Positions 10,310 to 19,478 of a DNA stretch of 64,000 nt are shown here, piece after piece. A program made the translations under genes and the position numbers. Position 1 is the first letter of the stretch. Every line of letters starts with the position of its first letter. The stretch comes from an uncultured Chloroflexia bacterium (GTDB lineage Bacteria; Chloroflexota; Limnocylindria; Limnocylindrales; CSP1-4), in NCBI GenBank assembly GCA_963810725.1, contig CAWEOO010000004.1, forward strand, positions 1,840 through 65,839, in the 5' to 3' direction. The notes below the pieces were generated by a model that was not told the origin of the DNA, searched no databases, and was given only the letters and a program-made list of their open reading frames with translations.

Positions 10310-11242
10310 TCAGTTGGCGATGGGCGTGGCGCCGGCGGCGCTGGTCGTGCTTCGGTAGCCGTCGATGGCGGCGCGCACGGCGTCGACATCGACGATGCCG
10401 GCCTCGGCCAGGCCGGCGAGGTAATCGCGACGACGATCGACCTCGAGCTCGAAGTCGCCGGCCTTGCGCCCGACGCGCATCGCGAGCTCGGGGGTCACGC
10501 CCCAGCCGAAGTGCTCGAACCGTCGCGGGTCGGCTCCCACGTCGCGAGGACGGCGGGACCGAGTCGCTGGACATGGCCGTGCTCGTCGCGCGACGTCGGC
10601 CGGACGTAGTGCGCGGCGACGACCCGACGGACGCCGTCGCCGGCGGCCCGGAGGATCAGGACGACCCCGAGCCGCGACAGCTCGTCGTCGTTGACCTCCA
10701 CCGGCGGACGGCGGAGGGTCTCGAAGACCTCCTCGAGCGAGTCGGCATGGATCGTGGCGGCCAGGCCGTAGCCGATGGTGGCGGCCCGGATGGCGATGCG
10801 GGCCTCCTCGCCCCAGGTGTAGGACGGGAGGTGGTCGGAGAACTCGGGCACGAGGAGGACGGTGTCGTCGGGGCGGATCGGCGGGGGCTGCGCGGGCTGG
10901 TGCCGTCGCGGTCCGGTCCGGGGGCGGTCCGCCGCGAGGTCGGCGCCAACCGAGCTCCGTGGCCTGCGGCAGCCAGTCGAAGGTCTCCGACGAGCCCTCG
11001 AGCTCGACCGTCCGGATGCCCGGCGGCAGGAAGTCGAGGAGCGCGCCGAGGAGCGTGGACTTGCCGACTTGCCGGGCCTGGGCGGCGACGATGACCGGGA
11101 CGCGGCCCTCGATAAGGACCCACAGCGTCGCCGCCAGCTCCGCATCGAGCGTGCCGGCACGCAGCAGCTCCACGATGGAGCGCGGCGTCGGTGGCACGTG
11201 GCGAACGGCCCACCGGCCCCGCGCTGGCGAGGTGTCGGCCAA
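10310..11242 (-). CDS. Stand-alone VirB11/CpaF-like P-loop ATPase domain (two compensating frameshifts)
   Basis: LLRAGTLDAELAATLW...VGKSTLLGALLDFLP...TVELEG; ATIHADS His-box; TTG start after GGAG. Confidence 0.65.
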   Translation of the reverse strand: MADTSPARGRWAVRHVPPTPRSIVELLRAGTLDAELAATLWVLIEGRVPVIVAAQARQVGKSTLLGALLDFLPPGIRTVELEGSSETFDWLPQATELGWRRPRGGPPPDRTATAPARAAPADPPRRHRPPRARVLRPPPVLHLGRGGPHRHPGRHHRLRPGRHDPCRLARGGLRDPPPSAGGGQRRRAVAARGRPDPPGRRRRRPSGRRRALRPADVARRARPCPATRSRRPRDVGADPRRFEHFGWGVTPELAMRVGRKAGDFELEVDRRRDYLAGLAEAGIVDVDAVRAAIDGYRSTTSAAGATPIAN

Positions 11243-11372
11243 GGGAGTCTCCGAACGATCTGTGGTGGTTCCCGGTTCGGGGCGGCCAGCGTACGGCCGA
11301 CCCTCTGGAGCGTCAAACGCTGCCGCGATACCTGCCAGCGACCGTCGACATCGGTCGCCTACCATCGGGCCC

Positions 11373-11951
11373 ATGGCGCTCGGCATCCAGCCGCTCACCG
11401 CGGAACGCATCCCCGACCTCGCGACGCTGTTCGACCAGGGTGGCGACCCGAAATGGTGCTGGTGCGCGTGGTTCCGGGTCCGTGGCCGTGACTGGACCAA
11501 CGCGACGGCGGCGAGAACCGCACCTCCTCGAGACGGCGGCGCGGGAGCGGGACCACGCCCCGGGACTCGTCGCGTACGAGGACGGCGCGGTCGTCGGCTG
11601 GGTGAGCCTGGGGCCGCGCGAGGACTACGAGCGGCTCGCCTTCTCCAAGGTCCTCGCGCCCCTCGACGACGTGCCGGTCTGGTCGATCGTGTGCTTCGTC
11701 GTCGGGCGCAAGTCGCGCGGCCAGGGCGTCGCGGGCGAGCTCCTCGCCGCGGCGATCGACTACGCCCGCGATCACGGCGCGACGACCCTCGAGGCGTATC
11801 CGGTCGAGGTCACGCCGGGCGAACGGGTCCCCTCGGCCAACGCGTTCCAGGGCACGCTCGGCATGTTCGAGCGGGCCGGTTTCAAGGTCGTCGCGCGCCG
11901 CCGGGCCAAGCCGCCAGCCCGGTGCGCCCGATCGTCCGACTCAAGCTCTGA
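11373..11951 (+). CDS. GNAT N-acetyltransferase (frameshifted)
   Basis: WCWC, VGWVSLGPR, WSIVCFVV..RGQGVA, LEAYPV; TACCAT 7 nt before ATG (leaderless). Confidence 0.85.
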   Translation: MALGIQPLTAERIPDLATLFDQGGDPKWCWCAWFRVRGRDWTNATAARTAPPRDGGAGAGPRPGTRRVRGRRGRRLGEPGAARGLRAARLLQGPRAPRRRAGLVDRVLRRRAQVARPGRRGRAPRRGDRLRPRSRRDDPRGVSGRGHAGRTGPLGQRVPGHARHVRAGRFQGRRAPPGQAASPVRPIVRLKL

Positions 11952-12005
11952 CCGTCCCGCCAGACGCCGGACCTACGATGAGTGGCGCCGCGACGCCAGG
12001 CCCGC

Positions 12006-12156
12006 GGCAAGATCATCATCGGGGACGCTTATGGCCGGTCGCCGGCCGATTCTGGCGAGATCGTCACTGGGAGACGCTTCTGGGCAGGTTTCGGGCGAAT
12101 GTGGGTCGCATCGGGCCTGACAACGACCATAAGCGTCTGACGATGTCGATTTTGCC
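12006..12156. repeat. REP-like intergenic array, family E (forward, forward, reverse)
   Basis: 12006-12037 ggcaagatcatcatcggg-gacgcttatgg, 12054-12086 ggcgagatcgtcactgggagacgcttctgg, and reverse 12124-12156 ggcaaaatcgacatcgtcagacgcttatgg. Confidence 0.75.
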
Positions 12157-12328
12157 ATCGCTGAGCTGCTGGGGCGACGTGATCCGTCGTTCCGGGAGCC
12201 CGAGTGCGCGTCGACGTCAACGGTGTCTGGCGCGCTGACGTCTCGCCGGGACCTCAACGCGATGTCGACGAGCGGCCCCGCGACCGCCTACGTCATCCGT
12301 CGCTGCCCGACATCGTCATCCGCCGACG

Positions 12329-12357
12329 TTGACACCGCCCGGCCCAGCGCCTAGACT
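12329..12357 (+). promoter_or_regulatory. Near-consensus sigma70 promoter of ABC operon
   Basis: TTGACA-17 bp-TAGACT; two CGTCATCCGYCG direct repeats at 12291 and 12314 just upstream. Confidence 0.75.
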
Positions 12358-12416
12358 TCCGCTGGCGCGCAAGTCGCACGCCCTCGTCTAGCTCAAAGTT
12401 TGGAGGCGGTCTCCGA

Positions 12417-12500
12417 ATGAAGATGCTGCTGAATCTCCGACGCACCACGGCGCCCGACGGCGCTGCGGATCGCGGGAGATCTGCGCCCATCTCGAGCTAG
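12417..12500 (+). CDS. Putative 27-aa leader peptide MKMLLNLRRTTAPDGAADRGRSAPISS
   Basis: GGAGG at 12402-12406, ATG 12417, TAG 12498-12500; lies between promoter and terminator. Confidence 0.55.
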   Translation: MKMLLNLRRTTAPDGAADRGRSAPISS

Positions 12501-12536
12501 CCGCAGGCGGCAGGACCGCCTTCCGGACAGAACCCG

Positions 12537-12569
12537 AGCCGTGGGCCAGATCAGGCCCCCGGCTTTTTT
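12537..12569 (+). terminator. Intrinsic terminator in 5' leader (attenuator)
   Basis: AGCCG-T-GGGCC/AGATCA/GGCCC-C-CGGCT followed by a T run, 140 bp upstream of the first gene. Confidence 0.75.
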
Positions 12570-12709
12570 GATGCCCTTCCCTGCCACCCGGCAGGACCCA
12601 GAAGCCGACATCACGAGCCGCGAGGCCACCCGACGAAGCGTCGGACGAGGCCCGCGGCTCGTTCTTTGTCCGGAACCCACCCACCCGCCACGAACCCAGG
12701 AGCCACCAA

Positions 12710-13600
12710 GTGACCGCCACCTTGACCAACCAACTGAAGACGACGACTCCGGTGGCCAAGCCGGCGTCGTCGGCCGTGACGTCGGCGGTGCCTGCCCTGC
12801 TCATGGAGGGCGTCAGCAAGTCGTTCGTCGTCGGCCGCAAGCGCAAGCCGGTGGCCGCGATCACCGATGTGTCGTTGCGCCTCGAGCGCGGCGACATCCA
12901 CGGGATCCTCGGGGCCAACGGCTCGGGCAAGTCGACCCTCATCCGCCTCATCAGCGGGCTCCTGACCCTCGACACGGGTCGGGTCGAGGTGTTCGGCCAC
13001 GACCTCGAGCGCGAGGAGATGCAGGTCAAGCGCCTGATCAACCGGGTCAGCGTGGACGCCGCGTTCTTCAAGAAGCTGAGCCCCATGGAGAACCTGATGT
13101 TCGCGGCGCGGATCTATGGCCTCGATGGCAAGACCGCCCGCGCCGACGCCATCTCGATCATGGGCCGGCTCGGGATCGCCGAGAAGCGGACCAGCCGGCC
13201 CGTGGAGCAGATGAGCCGAGGGATGCAGCAGAAGGTCGCGATCGCGCGAGCCCTGCTGACCAGCCCGACGCTCCTGCTCCTGGACGAACCGACGACCGGC
13301 CTGGACCCGCGCAGCAAGCTCGACGTCCAGACCTTCATCGAGGAGATCAACGAGACCCATGACGCGACGATCGTCCTGACGACCCACGACCTGGCCGAGG
13401 CCGAGCGCCTCTGCGCCCAGATCACGGTCCTCAACGACGGCCGGACCATCACCGAGGGGACCCCGACCGAGCTCAAGGCGCAGACCACGCAGCGCCTGGG
13501 CCGCGAGGCGACCCTCGAGGACGTGTTCATGACCTACACCGGCCGCTCCCTCGACGACGACGTCGAAGAGGACGAGAGCGGCGACGACGAAAGACGACGG
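12710..13600 (+). CDS. ABC exporter ATP-binding subunit (DrrA-like; 3' end uncertain)
   Basis: GANGSGKST, MSRGMQQK signature, LLLDEPTTGLD, TTH, TLEDVF; AGGAG RBS; the computed read-through to 13861 is probably an indel artefact. Confidence 0.9.
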
Positions 13601-13616
13601 AAAGGAGGTGAGAACC

Positions 13617-13805
13617 ATGAACTTCAGTCAGACGGCTTTGGAGCTGGCGCGCATGCGCCAGGAGGAGCTGATCGCGGAGGCCGCGCAAGCGCGCCGAATC
13701 GAGCAGCGCCCCTCGACCATCCGCCGATTCGTCGGCCGCCGCGTCATCGCGGTGGGCGAGCGGATCGCCGCGGAACCCCGTTTCGAGCTGGCTCGGTCCC
13801 GTTAG
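13617..13805 (+). CDS. Small hypothetical protein (62 aa)
   Basis: Strong AAAGGAGGTG RBS 6 nt before ATG; helical LELARMRQEELIAEA. Confidence 0.6.
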   Translation: MNFSQTALELARMRQEELIAEAAQARRIEQRPSTIRRFVGRRVIAVGERIAAEPRFELARSR

Positions 13806-13841
13806 GACCGGGTCAGCTCCCTCGAACCAGGAGATCCTCTC

Positions 13842-14645
13842 GTGACCATCGTCGCCCATGAGCTGAGGGCCTCATACGCCTTCATCGAGCGCAACTTCTT
13901 TCTCACTCGCCGCTACTGGGGTTGGGAAGTCGCCTTCCTGATCTATTCCGTCGCGGGCGCGCTGTCGATCTCGCTCATCGGTGCCGACCAGGGCAGCCCG
14001 ACGCTGCTGCTCACGTTGATGGTGGGAGCGATCTTCTGGAACTACCTGTCGGTCGTGTTCAGCTGGATCGCCGAGACCATCTCGGTCGAGCGCTGGGAAG
14101 GCACGCTGGAGTACACGTTCATGGCGCCGATCCGGCGCTCGTCGCAGCTGCTCGGGTCGGTGCTGTACGCGATGGTCTACGGCCTCGTCCACACGGCCGT
14201 GATCTTCATCGCGCTCGTGCTGTTCTTCCCGCAGCTCGACTTCTCGAGCGCGAACCCGGCGACGGCGGTCGCGTTCATGCTGCTCGGCTCGTTCAGCTTC
14301 GTCGGGATCGGGATGATCGCCGCGATCCTGCCGCTGCTGTACGTGGAGCGCGGCGCGCAGATGACGTTCGTGCTGCAGTCCTGCCTGCTGCTCGTGAGCG
14401 GCGTGTACTACTCGGTCGAGGTGCTGCCGGACTGGATGCAGGTGCTGTCGCGCCTGTCGCCGGCGACGTACGTCCTCGACGGGGTCCGTGCCGGGCTGAT
14501 CTATGGCACGCCGATCAACGAGCTGCTCCACGACGTGTGGCCGCTGCTCGTGGCGGGCGCGGTGCTCATCCCGTTCGGGTTGTGGGCCTTCGCCCAGGCC
14601 GAGCGCTACGCCAAGCGCACCGGCAAGCTGAAGCGAGTGGGCTGA
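13842..14645 (+). CDS. ABC-2 type exporter permease
   Basis: ERWEGTLEYTFMAP, SGVYYSVEVLPDWMQ, about six TM helices. Confidence 0.9.
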   Translation: MTIVAHELRASYAFIERNFFLTRRYWGWEVAFLIYSVAGALSISLIGADQGSPTLLLTLMVGAIFWNYLSVVFSWIAETISVERWEGTLEYTFMAPIRRSSQLLGSVLYAMVYGLVHTAVIFIALVLFFPQLDFSSANPATAVAFMLLGSFSFVGIGMIAAILPLLYVERGAQMTFVLQSCLLLVSGVYYSVEVLPDWMQVLSRLSPATYVLDGVRAGLIYGTPINELLHDVWPLLVAGAVLIPFGLWAFAQAERYAKRTGKLKRVG

Positions 14646-14648
14646 GCC

Positions 14649-15776
14649 ATGACCATCGCTGCCGCGCCGACGGACCTCGGCTGGGACCCCGGGTGGGACC
14701 GGGCCTTCGAGCCGTTCGCGGCCGGAGGCCGGCGTCCCGCCCGGGTCGTCGCCGTCCACAAGGAGACCGCGATCGTTCGTGGCGACCTGGGCGGTGACCG
14801 CCCCGCCACGGTCTCCGGCCGCTTCCGGTACGAGGCGCTCGCCGCGTCCGACTTCCCGGCGGTCGGCGACTGGGTGGCGCTCGAGGCGACCGAACCCTCG
14901 GCCGGTGCCGACGACGCCGCCGTCATCGCCGCGGTCCTCCCGCGCCGAGCGGCGTTCGTGCGCAGCGCGGCCGACTCGAGCCGGCGGACCGCCGGTCACC
15001 TCGCCGATGAGCAGGTGATCGCGGCCAATGTCGATATCGCGTTCCTCGTCGCCGGGCTCGATGGTGACTTCAACCTGCGCCGGCTCGAGCGCTACCTGGC
15101 GGTGGCCTGGTCCAGTGGCGTCACTCCGGTGATCGTGCTCAACAAGGCGGACATCGCCCGCGACCTCGAGGAGCGGCTGGTGGCGGTGGCGGGCATCGCA
15201 CCGGGCGTCCCCGTCGTCGTGCTGTCGGCTTTGACCGGCGACCATGTCGCGGATCTCCTGCCGTACCTGGGTCACGGCCGGACGTCGGTCGTGCTCGGCT
15301 CATCGGGCGTGGGGAAATCGACGCTCGTGAACACCCTGCTCGGCGAGCAGCGTCAGGCGACCAGCGACGTCCGCGACGACGATTCCCGCGGTCGCCACAC
15401 GACGACACATCGCGAGCTGTTCGGGCTGCCCGGTGGGGCCTTGCTCATCGACACGCCCGGCATCCGCTCGCTCGAGGTGGCCGGTGCCGACGAGGGCGTC
15501 GACGCCGCCTTCGACGATATCGCCGAGCTGGCCCTCCAGTGCCGCTTCAGCGACTGCCGCCACGATGGCGAGCCGGGATGTGCGGTGCGCCGGGCCATCG
15601 CCGCCGCGAGCCTGGGCGAGGACCGTCTCGCCAGCTACCGAAAGCTGGAACGGGAGCTCGCCCATGCCGAGCGACGCGAGGATCCCCGCCTGCGGGCCGC
15701 GGAGGCCAAGCGCTGGCGCGCGGTCCACAAGGCCGTCGACCGCCACATGGACCAGAAATACGGGAGGGAGCGATGA
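14649..15776 (+). CDS. rsgA: Ribosome small subunit-dependent GTPase A
   Basis: PAVGDWV, AANVD, LNKAD, GSSGVGKSTL, GRHTTT, DTPG, zinc finger CRFSDCRHDGEPGC. Confidence 0.95.
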   Translation: MTIAAAPTDLGWDPGWDRAFEPFAAGGRRPARVVAVHKETAIVRGDLGGDRPATVSGRFRYEALAASDFPAVGDWVALEATEPSAGADDAAVIAAVLPRRAAFVRSAADSSRRTAGHLADEQVIAANVDIAFLVAGLDGDFNLRRLERYLAVAWSSGVTPVIVLNKADIARDLEERLVAVAGIAPGVPVVVLSALTGDHVADLLPYLGHGRTSVVLGSSGVGKSTLVNTLLGEQRQATSDVRDDDSRGRHTTTHRELFGLPGGALLIDTPGIRSLEVAGADEGVDAAFDDIAELALQCRFSDCRHDGEPGCAVRRAIAAASLGEDRLASYRKLERELAHAERREDPRLRAAEAKRWRAVHKAVDRHMDQKYGRER

Positions 15777-16792
15777 CGACCACGACCGGGGAGGCCCTGC
15801 TCGACCTTGCGGACGCGCCCGCGATCGACGGGCTGCGTTTCCGGCGGCCGCGTGGCGATGAGGCGGACTACGAGGCGATGGCGGCCGTCATCACCGCGGC
15901 CAACCTGCACGACGGGCTGGAAGAGATCCAGCTGGCGCGCCACGTCCGCGAGGAGCTGGAGACCTCCGTGGGCCTCGATCTCGCGACCGACGTCGTGCTC
16001 ACGGAGATCGATGGCCGCCCGGTCGCGGAATCCGGCGTCGAGCGAACCGTCCGGGACGGCATCGTGGTGTATGACCTGTGGGGCCACGTGCATCCCGAGG
16101 TTCGCCGTCGGGGGCTGGGCCGGGCCTTGCTGCACGAGAACCTGCGTCGCGTCGCCGAGCGAGCTGCCGGCGAGTCGGCCGATGAGGTCGTCGAGATTCG
16201 CACCCACGCGCAGGAGAACGAGGTCGGCCATCGGGCCCTCCTCGGCAAGCACGGACTCGAACCGATCCGCTGGTTCTTCGTGATGCGTCGGGCGAGCCTC
16301 GACGACATCCCGGACGCTCCTTTCCCCGACGGCCTGGAATACCGGCCGGTGACCCCCGACCAGCACCGGGCGATCTTCGATGCGGAGGTCGAGGCATTCC
16401 GCGACCACTGGAGTTCGCGGGAGAAGACCGACGAGGACTTCGAACGCACGTTCCGGCGCGAGGAGCTGACCACGGACCTGTGGGTCGTCGCCTGGGATGG
16501 CGACGAGATCGCCGGGGTCGTCCAGACCTGGATCTGGCCCGAGGAGAACGCGACCCTCGGCGTGGCCCGCGGATGGCTCGAGCACATCAGCGTGCGTCGA
16601 CCGTGGCGCCGACGCGGTCTCGGCCGGGCCATCACGGCCGAAGCGCTGCGCCGCCTGGCAGGCGCCGGCATGACCGAGGCGAGCCTCGGGGTCGACGCCG
16701 AGAACCCGACCGGGGCGCTCGGGCTGTATGAGGGCCTGGGGTTCGAGGTCCACCAGCGCTGGATCACATATCGCGGATCCCTCCAGGACTGA
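15773..16792 (+). CDS. Tandem-domain GNAT acetyltransferase (MshD-like fold)
   Basis: Two acetyl-CoA motifs VHPEVRRRGLG and VRRPWRRRGLG; LGVDAENPTGALGLYEGLGF; ATGA overlap with rsgA. Confidence 0.85.
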   Translation: MTTTTGEALLDLADAPAIDGLRFRRPRGDEADYEAMAAVITAANLHDGLEEIQLARHVREELETSVGLDLATDVVLTEIDGRPVAESGVERTVRDGIVVYDLWGHVHPEVRRRGLGRALLHENLRRVAERAAGESADEVVEIRTHAQENEVGHRALLGKHGLEPIRWFFVMRRASLDDIPDAPFPDGLEYRPVTPDQHRAIFDAEVEAFRDHWSSREKTDEDFERTFRREELTTDLWVVAWDGDEIAGVVQTWIWPEENATLGVARGWLEHISVRRPWRRRGLGRAITAEALRRLAGAGMTEASLGVDAENPTGALGLYEGLGFEVHQRWITYRGSLQD

Positions 16793-16845
16793 CGGGCGTC
16801 GCGGGCGTCGACTCGTGGCATCATCTGGGGGGACGCCGCTGGAGG

Positions 16846-17271
16846 ATGTCGATCATGCGGTCCTACCTGATCGTGGCCAACCAGACGCTGACGAGCCAGT
16901 CGCTCACGGACGCGATCACGGCCCGCCTTGCTGATGGACCGGTGCGGACCCACGTCGTGGTGCCGCTCAGCCCGGTCGGCGGCCGGCTCACCTGGGACGA
17001 GGCCGAGTCCCGGACCGTCGCGCAGAGCAGGCTCGAAGAGGTCGTCGCGCGTCTGCGAGAGATGGGCGCCGAATCCGATGGCGAGGTGGGCGACCGCGAT
17101 CCGGTGATGGCGGTCAAGGATGCCCTGCGTGGGCGGGAGATCGACGAGGTCATCGTCTCGACGCTGCCCAAGGGGATGTCTCGGTGGCTCGGAGAGGACG
17201 TGCCGAGCCGCCTGCGGGACTCTGTCCCGGTGCCGGTGACCGTCGTGACGCAGGAGGAGCCCGGCGCCTGA
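16846..17271 (+). CDS. Universal-stress-protein-like protein
   Basis: YLIVANQT, GEVGDRDP, DEVIVSTLP..SRWL, VPVTVV; GGAGG RBS. Confidence 0.7.
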   Translation: MSIMRSYLIVANQTLTSQSLTDAITARLADGPVRTHVVVPLSPVGGRLTWDEAESRTVAQSRLEEVVARLREMGAESDGEVGDRDPVMAVKDALRGREIDEVIVSTLPKGMSRWLGEDVPSRLRDSVPVPVTVVTQEEPGA

Positions 17272-17284
17272 GCCCGCCCGCGGA

Positions 17285-17923
17285 TCAGGCGAAGAGGCGC
17301 CCACCGTCGCGCACGAGCTCCAGCCACGCGCGCTCGCGGCCGATCGTCGTGGTGCCGCCGTGGCCCGGGAAGACCTGGACTGCGTCCTCCAGCTCGGTCA
17401 GTCGGGCGAGCGACGTCACCATCGCCTCCGGATCGCCGCCCGGCAGGTCGACCCGGCCCCAGCCCCCGGCGAAGAGCGTGTCGCCGCTGTACAGCAGGCC
17501 CTGGTCGCGGTCGAGGAGGCACACGGATCCCTCCGTGTGACCGGGCGTGTGCAGCACCGTCAGGCGGATCTCGCCAAAGCGGATCTCGCCGCCCTCGGCG
17601 AGCTCGACCGCCGGGATCGACGGCACGATCTCGAACGGCGCCGACACGGGCTGTGGGTCGGTCAGGCGCTCGCGGTCGAGCGGGTGGACCCCGATGTCGG
17701 CAGCGGTATGCTCGGCGACGGCGGCGTTGTCGCCGATGTGATCCCAGTGCCCGTGCGTCGACACGATGAGCTTGAGCGTCCAGTCGCGCGCGGCCAGCTC
17801 GTCGGCGATCCAGGCGAGGCACGGCGTCGCGGTGTCGATGGCGATCGCCTCGCGCGTGCGCGCGTCTGCAAGCACGTGGACGTTCGTGGCGATGGGCCCG
17901 ACGACGCGATGCAGCCGCTCCAT
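17285..17923 (-). CDS. MBL-fold metallo-hydrolase (glyoxalase II-like)
   Basis: THGHWDHIG, HTPGHT, SGDTLF, PGHG. Confidence 0.9.
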   Translation of the reverse strand: MERLHRVVGPIATNVHVLADARTREAIAIDTATPCLAWIADELAARDWTLKLIVSTHGHWDHIGDNAAVAEHTAADIGVHPLDRERLTDPQPVSAPFEIVPSIPAVELAEGGEIRFGEIRLTVLHTPGHTEGSVCLLDRDQGLLYSGDTLFAGGWGRVDLPGGDPEAMVTSLARLTELEDAVQVFPGHGGTTTIGRERAWLELVRDGGRLFA

Positions 17924-17932
17924 GGCGGCGCC

Positions 17933-18379
17933 CTAGCTCGTGCTCTCCAGCTTCGTCTTCATACAGTCGAAGGTCTGGCCGATCATCTTGGTGGCGGTCC
18001 CCTCGATCATCCGCGCCCCGACGCTGGCGATCGTGCCGGCGATGTTGACGTCGGCCTCCCAGTCCATCCTGGTGCCACCGGCCTCGCCGTCCGAGAGGCG
18101 CATCTGGGCGGTCGCATCCACGGCGCTTCCCGGGGCCTGGCCGTGGGCCTTGATCGTGGCCGCCTCCGGTGGCGTCGTCTCTGCGAATTCCATGTTCACG
18201 ACGAAGCGCGCGCTGATGAACCCGATGCCCACCTTGGCCGAGGCTTTGAAGTGGGTATCGTCGATGACCTCGATCGTCTCGACGCCCGGGCCGCACTGGC
18301 CGACCTGGTTCGGATCGATGACGAACGCCCAGACGCGGTCGCGCGGCGCGGCGATCTCGACGGAGCCTTCGAAATGCAT
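17933..18379 (-). CDS. coxG: CO dehydrogenase accessory protein CoxG (SRPBCC)
   Basis: MHFEGSVEIAAPRDRVW..DP..CGPG, GTIASVGARMI; downstream of coxL. Confidence 0.85.
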   Translation of the reverse strand: MHFEGSVEIAAPRDRVWAFVIDPNQVGQCGPGVETIEVIDDTHFKASAKVGIGFISARFVVNMEFAETTPPEAATIKAHGQAPGSAVDATAQMRLSDGEAGGTRMDWEADVNIAGTIASVGARMIEGTATKMIGQTFDCMKTKLESTS

Positions 18380-18407
18380 GCGGTCCTCCAGGACGTACGA
18401 CCGGGTG

Positions 18408-19467
18408 TCAGTCGGGCAAGGATACCGACGGCGGGGCCATGCCGGCGGTCCCCGGCGATGCGAGGAACGCGGCCGGCTCCTTGATGAACCGGGTCCGGCA
18501 GCCGATCGAGCAGAACGCGTAGACGACCCCGTCGTGCTCTGCCAGATGGCGGGCATGCGCACCGTCCACTGTCATGCCGCACACCGGATCGACCAGGACG
18601 ATGTCGTCGACCACGGGCTGCAGGCTGATCGTCTCCGGCAGGCCGCCCGCAACGGTGGCAGGCCCCGGTGACGCCACGAAGTCCGCCCGTCCGCGGCGGA
18701 CCTGGACGAGCTCGGCCAGGATCGAGAGGGCGATCTCCTCGGCGGTCTCGGCGCCGAGGTCCAGACCGGCCGGCGCCCGGAGCGCGGCGATGCGGTCCTC
18801 CCCCACGGTCGTCTCCTCACGTAGCCAGTCGCGCACGACGGCGGCCCGCGTCGGCGACGCGACGAGGCCCACGTAGGAGGCGTCGCGGGTCAGCGCGAGC
18901 CCGACGGCCTCCTCGTCCCAGATGCCCTGGCTGGCGACGACGACATACGGGGAGGCGTCCGGATCCAGGCCACGGATGTCGGCCGAGGCGTGGACCCGGG
19001 CCGTTGGGAACGCACCCGCGTCGGCGATCGGATCGATCACGGTGACCTTCCAACCGGCGGCCGCGCCGAGCGTGGCGAGGGCGCCGGCGATCGGCGTGGT
19101 CCCGGCGATCCAGAGCTGGGGGGCGGGCAGATGCGGTTCCACGTAGATCTCCAGCGTGCCACCGGAGTGGCAGGTCATGACGAGCTCGATGACACCGTCC
19201 GCCCGGCGGCCCTCGGCCGGACCGTCCTTCGAGAGGCGGAGGAGCCTCGGTTGGCCGTCGGCAAGGGCACGAAGGGCTTCCCGGACCACCACGGGCTGGG
19301 CGCAGCTGCCGCCGACCCAGCCCTCGATCGTGCCGTCCGGATGGACGATCCCGCTCGCCCCGGGGCGGGCCGAGGTCGGCTTGCGCACCGCCACGACCGT
19401 CGCGACGACGAACGGGCGGCCCTGCGCCGTCCAGCTCCGTGGCACGGGCGAACGTGGTAGCGGCCAT
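18408..19467 (-). CDS. XdhC/CoxF-family maturation factor with C-terminal YHS domain (5' frameshift)
   Basis: GWVGGSCAQP, MTCHSGG, PAGLDLGAETAEEIALSILAE, then DPVCGMTV...YAFCSIGC. Confidence 0.85.
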
Positions 19468-19478
19468 TCTTGTGGTCC

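Noticed and set aside
12360-12570. T-box or metabolite riboswitch in the ABC leader
   Set aside because: No T-box GGTGGNACCGCG or known aptamer motif seen; a uORF attenuator fits better
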